A program made the translations under genes and the position numbers. The notes beneath the pieces are model-generated. The model ran no database searches. It was not told the origin of the DNA and saw nothing but the letters and a program-made list of their open reading frames with translations. A stretch of 62,269 bases of DNA, counting the filler, from Diploschistes diacapsis (taxonomy: Eukaryota): assembly GCA_023645945.1 (NCBI GenBank). It is 4 parts of 4 records of this genome, joined end to end, with 100 filler letters (N's around TTAATTAATTAA, not from the genome) between each part and the next. Parts side by side here need not be neighbours in the genome. Positions count along the whole stretch, not along the records: positions 31,267 to 46,748 come from JALAIB010000550.1; positions 46,849 to 62,269 come from JALAIB010000551.1; 2 more parts are not named here. The stretch is one strand, 5' to 3'. This document shows positions 35,471-47,477 of the stretch, one piece after another. Position 1 is the stretch's first letter. Every line of letters begins with the position of its first letter.

Positions 35471-36158
35471 CTTCGCCGCGCTGTATAGAAATTCAGAACA
35501 AGTCTCGCGGTTCTTGTTATAAAAGACTCTCTTAAGTGACTCATTCCTGATACGGAAATCGGCATTACCGTTACCCAATCCTTATCTAATTCAAGGCCAT
35601 GGCGGTCAAAGATCTTCACATTGTGGGTGGGTGCCCGTGACAGCCCACACAACACGGTTCTCAATTGCATCAAACCGCAAAACAATTAATATAAGTTAAA
35701 CGCTACAAGACATTACATAGTATGACCATTGGCCGCTCGTGTGCCGCCACTGGACTCATGCTGGGGCGGATGAACGTTAGAGAAATTATGGGAGGAGCGA
35801 ACGGAGTCATGTATGCAGGTAAGCAATTCTAGAGCTCTTTGAAAGGGGCACCCCCTAGATTGAAAGCACAATAGTTAGATAGACTCTAGTCCTATCTCTC
35901 AAATTCTAGGTTGTTGTATGCCATAGGTATCACTCAGGTAGTTGCGCTGGTGTGGGATATAAGTTGTACGCAATAAGAACCTTGAAGCTACTACTGCTGT
36001 GACTGTAATTAAAAGATCTGGTACTACTTCTAGCATAAAACAACATGAGCCGTAGGAATGCTTGGAGCAGAACATGGCGCGGCCATGATTGGGTATCTCT
36101 AGAAAAGAAGTAATGTCAACTAACACCCCGGAAACTGAGGCATCATCGTGAGCCAAGC

Positions 36159-38069
36159 CTAGGCTACCTTTTTGGTCAACGGTGGTCCCATATCGCCGTT
36201 AGCCCTGACTTTGGCAGGTAGTTGAGGAACCTTGAATGCTCCGGCAGTCGCACCTGGAGGAACAGTGCTGCCACCACCACCAATCTGCGTAAAAGTGCCA
36301 CCTTTGAACCACCGATCATCTTCCGCATCCCGCTTTCGCTTCAACTCTTTCTGTGCCTCTGGATTGACCAGTTCGAGACCTTGAACCGGGGTAAATGCAA
36401 TGCTACTTGCTGTGCCAGCCGTTGGCCCTCCCACTCCACTACTGCGCAAACCGTGAGCTCTTAACACAGACGCATTTCCTGCACTTTGCCCGAAACCTCT
36501 CAAGCTGGAAGAAATACCACCAAGTGGCGTTGCCGTACCCCATCCTTGATTTTTCTTGCTGAGTTTTGCTTTGGTTCGCGTGTCGATCTTGAGCGCCCGG
36601 ATGCGACCATCGTTGTCCTGCCCAATCATGCCCATCCCGGCAGTGCCTTCACCCGTTCCGTATCCTACCTCTTGCTCCTCCTTCCCAAACGCCATTCTAT
36701 TCCTAGCCTTTGCTATGTCAGTCATTGCAGTTGCTTCCTTCATCTTCCGTATTTTCCTTCCCCCACGCTTCCGGGATGGTTTATCGTCTGGAGCTGGGAG
36801 GGCCCGTGGACCCTTGTTCGGGGGTGGACCAGTCAACTTGTCGAGTCTGTCCAAACAATCTTGCCTGAGCTTCTCTCCCTCTGTCCCGTCAGGCGATTGA
36901 TGGACGCAATCTATCCTTGCAGCAAGAATGACCTTGCCTGAGACAATACGCAGCGCTTGCTTCATGAAGGAATCACCGACTGTCCTGAACAGTTCAGAAT
37001 GGTAGAGAAAGCCCTTCTGGCGTATGCCAATATTTCTCGCAAGACCTGCTTGAAATTGCTTCCTGGTACCAAGAGATGGAAGATTGCGATTGGGTGTACT
37101 TGCAAGACCTGTCAGACCACCGGCAGAGTTCAACAATTGTGCCGAAGTAATTGGGCCAATTAAACGACAGAGATTTGGGGCAAAGACACTCGTGCGAGAC
37201 TGGACGTATTCAAGAAGCTTTTTCTTGCTTTGATCAAGGTAGAACATCTCTTCACACCCCTGAATGACGGTTCGAAGCTCGGCAACTGTCAATTCTCGTC
37301 CACGAGTTCTAACCGCTTCGGTCGTTACGATCATTAGCGTCTGCTTATCAAGAGCATCCTGGAGAGATATCTTAAGAATGTTATCCGTCTTCCCAGCAAG
37401 CTCTTTCACGTGGTCCAACGGCCCATTGCCAATGACAGCAATCGCGGTGGCGTACTCTAAGGGGCCCGTAATTAGGGTCTCCAGCTCTGGATACCGTATC
37501 GAATAGTGATCACGAATGAATTTATGTACGATCATAATCTGTGTATCAATTGACGCATATAAACCATTAGCTTCAACAAGAAGTCTGTATTCCGGGTCGT
37601 CATTTATCGAACGAGCGTCTGTGTTTCGTCGTTGTGAGGGTGCTGATCGATATTGGGAGATTTTCTGAGCGAGGCGAATGGTCAGGCTAGGTTTGCAGAT
37701 GTAAACCGAATGTTGAAGCTTAGAATGGTGGGCTGGGGGACAGCTTACCTCCAATATTGGCTCGAGACTCAACTTGATTGTCGTCACACTGCGAACATCA
37801 CTGAATCCTCGAAACTGCATCTTCTCGACTTGATTTTTGGCCTCCTCCGCATCATCAGCGTCTTCAACATCGTTCAACATTTTTTCGTTCGTCTCGTCTG
37901 CGACATCTTCATCCTCATCAACCACCATTTCGGCTCCTCCCAGAGTAGGAGCTGTGCCGTCTGTCGAAATGGCGCGATTCCGTTCAAAGAGGCCATGATC
38001 TGGACCATCTTCTCCTTCGGAGTCTGACTCATCGAAGTCATTCAATAATTCGTCCGCAAGTGTCGCCAT
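36159..38069 (-). CDS. PRP31: U4/U6 snRNP protein Prp31 (one 84-nt intron at 37748-37665)
   Basis: MATLADELLNDF, HKFIRDHYSIRYPELETL, Nop domain, KRGGRK..K..NRMAFG, GTASSIAFTPVQGLEL. Confidence 0.96.
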   Translation of the reverse strand: MATLADELLNDFDESDSEGEDGPDHGLFERNRAISTDGTAPTLGGAEMVVDEDEDVADETNEKMLNDVEDADDAEEAKNQVEKMQFRGFSDVRSVTTIKLSLEPILEVSCPPAHHSKLQHSVYICKPSLTIRLAQKISQYRSAPSQRRNTDARSINDDPEYRLLVEANGLYASIDTQIMIVHKFIRDHYSIRYPELETLITGPLEYATAIAVIGNGPLDHVKELAGKTDNILKISLQDALDKQTLMIVTTEAVRTRGRELTVAELRTVIQGCEEMFYLDQSKKKLLEYVQSRTSVFAPNLCRLIGPITSAQLLNSAGGLTGLASTPNRNLPSLGTRKQFQAGLARNIGIRQKGFLYHSELFRTVGDSFMKQALRIVSGKVILAARIDCVHQSPDGTEGEKLRQDCLDRLDKLTGPPPNKGPRALPAPDDKPSRKRGGRKIRKMKEATAMTDIAKARNRMAFGKEEQEVGYGTGEGTAGMGMIGQDNDGRIRALKIDTRTKAKLSKKNQGWGTATPLGGISSSLRGFGQSAGNASVLRAHGLRSSGVGGPTAGTASSIAFTPVQGLELVNPEAQKELKRKRDAEDDRWFKGGTFTQIGGGGSTVPPGATAGAFKVPQLPAKVRANGDMGPPLTKKVA

Positions 38070-39312
38070 AGTGGAGAGGAAGAAAGAATTGGATGATCTC
38101 TAGTAGTACAGACGATACTGGCTCAGAGAACCGAGAGAGTAATACAAATTGGGATAGAGTTATGGGAGGTGTAGGACCGGAGTTATACCCTTAGCGTCCG
38201 ATGAATGAATAACTTATATCCGTGCGATAGTTACCGTAAGGCTGAAGGGCTATTCTGCCTCGCGCTTAATCTTCCACTATCCCGCTTGATGCGATATAGT
38301 ATCGTAGAAAGAGACAAATAGTGGACATTTGCTGATGCAGTCAGTAAGGTACATCCTACCACCTACAGAGGTACATGTAGGTATCGAAGCCTTTCAATCA
38401 AATTTTCCCACGTGCAAAGACTGTTGCTAAGGTCCCGCATGCTGCAATACTACATAATGTTAGGTCAAGGACCATGGCGTGCGCTTTAGCTTGATCCTTT
38501 ATCTTTTTTTCCAGATGCTTGTTACGTTCTCTACGTGGGCGGATTACTCCAACGATACTTGGAACGGTCGTTTTAAGCTACTCCAAGACTAGCATCTAGC
38601 GCCGAGGTTGACGACGCTGCCCATCAGCACCCTGCACTAGAATTCTTTCGAAGAACAGTCACCGCTTTTTCGATTTTATTCCTCCATCCCCGTGGATCAC
38701 GTTGTGCTACCTTGCAAAGAGTACGGCAAATCGAGCTTTGCCTATCCATGTGGTCGTGTCCCTCGCTATTGGGGCGCGCAAGCCTCGCTCACGATGATCG
38801 CTCCTTCCATACTCTTGTGCCTCCGGTTTGACTAACCCGGATAGCCAGTAACTACTGGACACGACTGTCATCCGTACTCTGGATAGGATGCTCAGGTTGT
38901 AAAGACCAAGAGCTGATGTACTTTAGCCGCATAAAACCTCACGATGTTCAGACGTATTGTATTGCTTTGGACCTTCGGGGCATGACTTCCTCCGGTTTAC
39001 AATCCACTGGAAGTTGGGTCTGGAAGAGATTGCAGGGCGTGCAACTGTAGGCAACTACAGCTTGGGGCGAATGCACAACTATATAATACCAAGTAGGGAG
39101 CCTTCCCCTATTTACGCAATTTTGCTCGTCTTGAGCACAATCTTGTATCTTTCTTTAGTGCTGTTCTGACCCAGGTTGTCCCTGAGAAATCCTCCCTCGA
39201 TACATCTCCTTGGCAAGACAATTAAGAAGATCATTGTGTTGAGTAGTGCCTTCAGCTCCTGATGTTGCTGTTGAAGTCCTCGTTCTTCACGTGCTTTCAA
39301 ATTCATCATTTG

Positions 39313-40120
39313 ATGGCGCTCTTCACACTTGATTCTTCGACGCAAGATACGCTGTCCACGTACCGCTTTCCTCAAACACCGGTTTCCATTTTTGAGGAAC
39401 CAATCACTAGGATCCAAACACCGACAAACATGACCGTTCGACAGGATATTGACAGGAGCCCTGGACGTATGTATGTATCTGCAGGCTACACGGACAAAGA
39501 GACCTACCTCATTGATCTGAATTCGCTCGATCTCAGCGACCAGCTCATGACCAAGGCTCTCGAACACATGAGTGAGGTTCGCAGCGACTATGCAGTGTAC
39601 AGTGAAGTTGATTACAAAAATGCTTTCAATTGGCCCCAGCTGTTGAAGGTATTGAGAGATCTTGCTAGGGATTCAGACTATCTCTGGTCAGAGCAGCGCC
39701 AATACCACGTTATCGCTTTCTACTCGCAATTGAAGCCCAGCATGAACATGTCGGAGAACATGATTAAACTTCTATATAGTCTGGACTCGGCAGCATTTGA
39801 AGAAGCAATGGAAGGCGGGGGCCTGCTCAAGTACTGGTTTGGAAAGCCTGATGAGGAGTTACGCAATCTTGCAACGTGTAAGTGTGAAAGGAAAAGCGTT
39901 CTCACTACCATTCATACTGACCGAACTAGGTGTCTGGCGAAGCAAGGCAGAAGCAAACGCGGTTCGAAAGAAACCCCGCCATATCAAAGCCAAAGTCGAG
40001 GGCTCACCCATGTACCGTAATATCCTCATCAAGGAGCTTCAGTTGACAGTCGAGACGGGCCTGAAGGATCTTAGAGTTGACTGCCAAAGGGATTATCCCG
40101 TGAAAAGTGAGTCGCATTAG
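39313..40120 (+). CDS. Conserved fungal protein (UPF0643-like)
   Basis: VRSDYA..FNW, FYSQL, EAMEGGGLLKYWFG..RNLATC/VWRS. Intron of about 39877-39929. Confidence 0.6.
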
Positions 40121-40286
40121 GCCTCTAGACTCGATGACGATGGGCCATGCAACTCCCAGAACATTTCAGCTGGTAGCAGCATGCTTATATGGACGTTTAC
40201 TCAAAGAGCTAAGCTTGAATTTTACTCTTGGCAAGAAATAGATTCAAACTGCATAAAAAAAATACACGCAATCCGATCGAAGATGG

Positions 40287-41244
40287 CTATGCGATGTCTA
40301 TAACTAATTGCAAGGTAATACTAATAGCCCTCGCCAACTCTGAGCCGTCCTGCCAAATCTGATCATGCTTCCCTTCCACAGCAATCACCAAATCTCTCCG
40401 GTGCGGGCACTTCTCCCTCCACAGTTGGTGGCTCAATTTTTGGGTCTGGACGAAGTTTACGAGCTCGTCGTCTCTGCTGTGCGCCAGAACGACCGCTTTT
40501 GCATTAGGCCAAGAAATGTTGAATTTCCCCGTGACAGGGCTGGCTTCCCTCCATTCAGCTTCAAGCTGACCGAAAGCAGCTTCAAGGAACTGCCTATAGA
40601 ATGGAACGTGGGAATACGAGTCAAGCAGCGCTTCAAGGTCATAGATGCCTTCCAGCCCAAGTACAGCTTGTGGTAAGCTAATTGTCGGCACGCCCTGCGT
40701 GATAGGCCCTCGGGGCGACCAAACACCCATGACAGCTTGGAAGGCTAGCGTAGCACCTGCGCTGTGACCCACCAGTATGTACCGATCCTTGAAATGATAC
40801 TTCTCTTGCAGCCAAGATACAGCTGTAAGTACGTCCTCGATATGATCTGGGTGCCTTGCGTTGCGTGCTGTATCATCTTGGTTGCTAGGATCTGTAGGAT
40901 GAGTTGGGTATGCAGATAGTCGATAATTTACTGATGCAATTCCCGCTATGTTGTCAATCTGACCGGAAAGGTGTGGCAGGGTCCCCAAAATGGTACGAGA
41001 CATTTTGCTCGGGTCTCTCCACGCGCCGCCATGGAGGTAACTATGCGCACGAAGTGGACATCAACTCCTCTTCCACTGACGATCATTGGCTCTGTGAGAC
41101 GCACACAATCCAAAACTGCGATCTAGCAGCTTGACCATCCCGTCCGTGTGGGAGATGAACATCGACTGTATTCAGCCTTGCCAAGCTTGAATACGATAGG
41201 TCATAATAGTGGTATGGAAAGTTTTCCGAAGCAGCCTGAGCCAT
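40287..41244 (-). CDS. Kynurenine formamidase (alpha/beta hydrolase, Bna7-like)
   Basis: YLHGGAWRDP oxyanion motif, INYRLS-like VNYRLS, GHSAG nucleophile, HSRDDELV, GKHD. Confidence 0.88.
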
Positions 41245-41597
41245 TACAGGTGTGAGCCGTCCTAGGATAGTAGGATGTAGCAAGACTGGCGGTCGATGGT
41301 AGAGTCAGCACGAGCAACAAAGCATAGATACAGACGTGTTGAGGTCGACTCGACAAGCCTGTACCGGAAATAAATAAACCAACATAATCCTCCCGTACGG
41401 AGCGACATTCGGCTCGGCCAAGCCCTTCCCGCAAGCATAACACCGTTAACTCCGCTGCACTTATTAAACATTTTCACAAGCATGACAAAGTTGATTCAAC
41501 CAACTACCCGCATGTGTCCCGAGAAAAAAATGAGAGAAACAAGTTTTTAGCTAGAACAACTGGCAGGCTTGCAAGGCTTACCTCCACGGTGACCAAG

Positions 41598-42863
41598 ATG
41601 GCGGAGCTTTTGTAAGTCGGCGCATTGGTGGCTCTTGCACTCGTCATTAATTTGATTCAGGAAAGGAGAGCCGTTACGGGCCGTGCAGCTTGAAGCTTTG
41701 GTAAGTGAGGCTCTATATGTGCAGCACCATATGGCTGATAGGGTGTGGAGGTTGTGATGAAAATCATAAAGCACTGCTCGCAAACCTTCCCCACTACTGC
41801 GACAGGCTTTGTGGTTGGAATGGATAATAAAGGGGTCTTGGAAACAACGAATGCTTTCCCGTTCCCTGTGGTCGAGATTCCGAACCAAGATGGACATCAT
41901 GACAACAATACAACTGCAAACTATGCTGCGGCTGCGCCACGGGCAAAAGCAAACACTCTTTATCAGAATGAGATGATTAGAAACCTAAGGGAGGTGAACA
42001 TAGATGCAAACAATGTTGGATGGTATACAAGCGCGAACATGGGCAACTTCGTGAATCTGAACCTCATCGAGAACCAGTATCATTACCAAAAGGACCTCAA
42101 CGAGCGCACCGTGGCTCTGGTACACGACGTTAGTCGGAGTTCTCAAGGCAGTCTCAGTCTGCGTGCCTTTCGATTATCACCCCTCTTCATGACGGCTTAC
42201 AAAGAGAACAAGTTCAATACAGAAACGTGGGGGTATTGACCTTTTCTCGATCGGTCTAGAGCTGACACATCATCTAGCCTCCAGAAAAGTGGACTTCGCT
42301 ACCAGGATATTCTCATTGAACTTCCTCTCCAGATCCACAATTCGCACCTACTTACAGCCTTTCTCCACCAGCTACCCTCAAAACCGGCTGGTTCGGAGCT
42401 CGCTCTCCCATCCAGTATCGCCGAAATTGCCCACAAGACTAGTACTATTTCGCAAGCTCCTCTGTATCCCAATTTTGACTCACTCGACCTCTCAATCGAC
42501 CCTTTCCTAGAGAAGACATGCGACCTTCTTCTCGACAGTATAGAGGCCCACCACACAGAGCTTAACAACTATCAATACTATCAGCGACAGCTAGCTCGAG
42601 AGCAGAACAAGATCACGGCATGGCAAGCGAAACGAAAAGCCGAAAATGCCACTCGTGCGCTGGCAAAGCAGCCACTTTTACCGGAAGACGAGTGGCAACG
42701 AATGTTCAAACTACCGACAGAACCGAGCAGGCTGGACGTGATGTTGAACTCAAGGCAGATCGAGCAGTATGCAAGGCAGGTAGATGGGTTTACAGCAGGG
42801 GTGTCAGGTAAGATGTTCGCTGTGAAGAACAATATGCCTCCCAGTCAAGGCGGGGAGGCGTAG
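41598..42863 (+). CDS. Translation initiation factor eIF3 subunit H (MPN domain), 3 introns
   Basis: [45 protein letters not shown]. Confidence 0.93.
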
Positions 42864-43447
42864 GGCGGTGAAGATGGAGATGGAGAGGGTGGGTGTGAGA
42901 TGGTCTGCCGTGAGGCACTGCTCAGGGTAGAATCCATCATCACTTGCATACTTGGCGCACTCGACGTTAGCAGCGGTGTGAGATACCTGCTCGTTCTTGA
43001 GAGCAACTCTCCGGAGGACAATACAAATCCACGATTGATGAAAATAACATGACCACATCAATCCTTAGTTCATACATAAGACCAGATGACTGGCATACCA
43101 CTTGACCCGGCATTTTGGTCGCTTCATGTATGAGCCGCGTAGGCAAGGCAAGGCTGATGTAGGACATAGCCTCATGAATGTTCCATGCAAGATAAGAATT
43201 GGCGAATTGGCGTGATTGGGTGTCGTTATGCGATAAAGCATAAAAAGATATAGTACGTACTAGGCAGGATGAATTTACAGCGTGAAACCCATCCAGAAAC
43301 AGGGGGGCCTTCCTAATTCGGCGGAAGTCTTGGCATGACGTCCCGCACCGTGGGAGCTACCCTGCTCAGAAGCCTCATTTGAAGCTATAACTGCTCGGCC
43401 TTGTAGATGAACTGGTAGATATAGGCGGTTCACACTTCCCATCAATA

Positions 43448-44295
43448 ATGGCTTCTCGTTTTGTGTCCGGCGGTACCCTTGAAAAGCCTACTGAGAGAGA
43501 TGACGAATGGCTGCGAGCACAGCAGGAACTCGAAGAGACGAGGCGCCAGAAAACGGAGGAAAGCAAGCAGAATGATGGCAAGACTCTGTATGAGGTTCTG
43601 CAACAAAATAAAGGTACCGCGGCTGTTTTCTATAGTAGATTTATCATTTTTCCGACCCTCTTTCCGTTGTACTACTTTCCTTGTTCTACCGTCTGAGTTC
43701 CTTTCTAGCGGCAAAACAAGAAGCCTTTGAAGAATCAGCCAAGCTCAAGAACCAATTCCGCGCCCTCAACAACGACGAAGTCGACTTCCTTGACTCGGCG
43801 CTCGAGAGTACACGTGCGAGGGAGGAAGCCATACGAAAGGAGACACGCGAGCAGCTAGAGCTTTTCCGGAGGAGGCAAGAGCAAGCCGACAAGGTTGGCG
43901 AAGCAGATGAAGATGCCACTAAAGGGTCCCTCACTGGGGTTGAAGGGGCGCAGAAAAGCTTAGAAAATGATGTAGAGTGGAACGTTAGTACGAAGAAGCG
44001 GAAAAGAGTAAAAGAGAAAGAGGGTTTGAAGGGCGTAAAGACGAGAAGGACGTCTTCAACAGATGACCAGAAGCAGGAAGCCGAGGCCGCGGTAGCAAAT
44101 GTCGAAAAAGAGCGCCCCAAATGTTCTTCCTCTGGTGCAGCTGCACAGTCAAACAGCGTCTCGACGACTTCTTCTCCCCTATCGGTGAAGCAGACACCTG
44201 GAAAGCTTGTAGCTAATGGGCAAGTGTCTGTGTTGCCAGCTGCGAAAGGGAGTCTTGCACTGGTTGGGTATGATTCTGAAGACGAATCAACCTGA
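43448..44295 (+). CDS. FAM192A/Fyv6 (NIP30 N-terminal domain) protein
   Basis: MASRFVSGG, KTLYEVLQQNK/AAKQEAFEE..KNQFRAL..DEVDFL, C-terminal LVGYDSEDE. Confidence 0.88.
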
Positions 44296-44985
44296 GTATT
44301 TCCGAAAGCTGATAGACATTGCGATACTCTGCAGGCTGAATGAGTTTACTCAATTACCAAGCTTCAGCTCATGCCTTGTAAATGAGCTACGCCCTTGATT
44401 CGAACCGGAGGCTAGCACTCTTGCAATCCAGGCCCTTGAAATTATTGATGGACCTTTGATAAGCAGCCAATCCGAACCAATCCTCTCTCATGCTGGGGCC
44501 TTGCAGCAATCTTTTCGAACAAAGACACTACATGCTGGCATTGCAAATGGTAATTGGCACTAATCTTCTCCGATATTAAGGCTTGCAGTGGCTGTTCGGA
44601 CAAAGGATTCAGCTTGCTTCGAATTGCAGTATGATTCCCAGCACTGGGATATTGCCGGTAATATCGTGCGGCCATTGTCCTGTGGCTTAAACAGGCAACT
44701 ATGGTCGCGAAATTTCGTGAGATCGAGGGGCCTCATCATGGGATTACCGGTCTAAGCTGGTGTATTGAAATCGTGGATCGATTAATTCCCTCTGCAACGT
44801 GTTGATGTCAATGGAAAAACTGCCACAAGTCTACGTTCATTCGCTTGGTTAAGACTAGCTAGAGTAGAATGAACTGCCAATCTCCTTGGTAAAGACTGAC
44901 ACGGTCCGCGCAAGGGCAGAAATCTGTGCCTGCGAGTCAATTCGCGTACTGGGTTACTTTAGGCCGCAGGTTACTGGCGCTCTAT

Positions 44986-45612
44986 ATGGACGACCCTCAA
45001 AACGGAGATCCAAAGGATAACATAGAATCTTCCTCTTCGTCTAGTAAAACTCCACAGGGTCCAGACTGGCCAAGGATAAGGAGGCTCTATCTAAGTGCCG
45101 AATACGGAAGATTGCTTTCAGTCCACGATCCTCCGACACGACTTGAGGAGTGTTCGCGTAACTACGTGTCAAAACAACTTGAGGGGTCAGTGAAAAGTGA
45201 AAAACTCACGATTGGGGTGGATCAGCCGTGCTGTAGGGCTGTTGAAGCACAGAGTGGACACTCTTGATCATTGGATGGCTCATTCAACCTTCTCACACGA
45301 TGACCTTATCAGCCATTATATTTTTATACAGTCCGGTACCGCAGAAGAATGTTCCTACCAACGAGATTCACCCTCTATTTGCCTTTCACCGTTGAAAGAC
45401 CATCCCCAAGAGTGTCTACGGATTTCTCAAGCCTTCACTACGACCTGCCAGTCGATTCTCCACGCATCTGGCATGCTCCTAATTTCTGGTATCTCTACTA
45501 CTTGGACCTCGCGAGGTGGAGAACATCGAAATAGACTTCAATATTGTGAAAGAATCAAATGTCCGCCACCTGTGACGGAAGAGAACTGTGAGAAGGTCAA
45601 TAGATGGTTATA
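44986..45612 (+). pseudogene. Possible decayed hypothetical gene
   Basis: Three consecutive overlapping protein-like ORFs in different frames. No family recognised. Confidence 0.2.
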
Positions 45613-46197
45613 GGATCTTGGAAACAAACAGACTGTAACCATCTACTTCAACGGCGAATCTACCATAGGGGAGGGAAGGGAGACATCCTACGGGTCGATC
45701 TGCTTTGTCCATTACACTGAAGCCGAGAAGTCCTTGTGGACAGAGGATTGGCGAAATGCTCCACGCGGGTCAGAGATATTGGCATGCACCTATCTTTCTC
45801 CACCACGATTTCCTGAGAGTCTTCCAAAAACGCATGAGCTTCAAGTTCCCAAATAAAGACCAAAGACTTCGGCTTTATTGGTAGTTCAAGCATTTACGGT
45901 ACGTCTGCAGTAGCTGCTACTGATCTCTGGGTCACTATAGGGTGTTCTCTGTTGTGCTTGTCCACGAACTCACTCATGATAACACCTTCATCTTTAGCAA
46001 CTACCTGTTTCTCACGTATAACACCGGTATACGTATGCAAAGATACTTCTAACGATACCTTGCTTGACTCTAATGATAATCAGTCAGCGTAGAACCGTTC
46101 TTCTATGGCCATAGCGCGGCAAAATCCGGTCGTGTTGGGAGGCACATGTCTTCGGTGACATGGCTCAGGCAGTCAACAACAACGTCAATTGCACCTA

Positions 46198-46748
46198 CAG
46201 TACTAGGCCAAAAGTAGTTAGGTCCACCATAAGCGGTAGTAAATAAACATTCAACTCTTGTTATTATTCTTCTAATTATGCCACCACAACGCCGTTTGAA
46301 GCCTTTCGAGCGTTCGGAGCTCCTCGGCGCCCTTTATAACGGTAATACTCTCAAAGATGCTGCCCAAAAGCTCAATATTCCCTATTCTACAGCCTAATAT
46401 ACCAAAAAAAAAGCTTTAGAGCGCGATAATGAGCAGCATGATCTCGATCGCTCAAAACGACCCCGAACTATTATCGAAAATCAAGAAAATAGGTTCTATC
46501 GACGCGCCAAGAAATAACCAGATATACAATGGCACGAATTACTCGAAATAACGCCTATTAATAGAAATATTATCCGCCGAAGATTCGCCGAAATCGATCC
46601 ATTTTTTAAAAAATATCGAAAGCGTTGGCGCCCTTATTTGGACCCTAAAGATACTATAAAACGCCTAAGGTACTCCAGGGCATATAGGAGCTGGCGTGCC
46701 GAGGATTGGGCCAATGTTTGGTGGGCAGATGAATGCTCAATACAGATT
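46198..46748 (+). mobile_element. Tc1/mariner DNA transposon, 5' part (copy 2), truncated by gap
   Basis: Follows TA at 46196-46197. Colinear with 14988-15538 over 551 nt. CAA>TAA stop at 46395. Confidence 0.92.
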
Positions 46749-46848
46749 NNNNNNNNNNNNNNNNNNNNNNNNNNNNNNNNNNNNNNNNNNNNTTAATTAA
46801 TTAANNNNNNNNNNNNNNNNNNNNNNNNNNNNNNNNNNNNNNNNNNNN
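46749..46848. other. Assembly gap with TTAATTAATTAA linker
   Basis: 100-nt N run. Confidence 0.98.
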
Positions 46849-47477
46849 GGTTTGGGGGTGTCAGGAATGGGGACAGGCGGTGTGGGATGAGTGGGTGGCC
46901 ATTGTGTAAGCTGGGGATTCGGATCTGATGTTATAATGCACTTGGTGGGTGTTGAGGGGTAAGTGAGTAGCTGCAAGAAGTGTTCGGGCGTTGGATGAGT
47001 GAAGGGATGTGTTTTACTCTCTTTCACACGGTTATTCTTAAAGCCGAATTGAATTTAACTCCGGCGTATCTTAACTATGAACAGCGCCAAAGGTAGGTAG
47101 GAGGGGTCCATAGAACCTAACGCTAGGTAGGTAAGTTTTACACTCAATAGCACAACTCTCTAGGGTGATTACCACTAACAGCTGGATCGCACTTAATCTT
47201 GCCGGGAGTGCTCATCCTTGGAGTTACTTGTATAGACCACAGGCTCAAAGGCATACGCACCAATCATCTAACCTACTTAAAGGAAGCATCAGAAACACAA
47301 TTACACGGTTTAAAGTTTAAGTGCAGACCCGGCATGCTTCTCGCAAAGAGATGGAAAAAGAAACAGGGGTATCTATATGCCGTACGCTCCAAGAAAGGCG
47401 GTATGATGATGACTTTCCATCCTCGCCTTCTTCAGACATCTCACTCGACCTCCCTCGACTTCTCTCCTCTGGCCCTC

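Noticed and set aside
44385..44445. GGTTCGAATC T-loop/B-box with a nearby TTGCAA on the minus strand
   Set aside because: The T-stem, D-arm and acceptor stem do not pair; not a tRNA.
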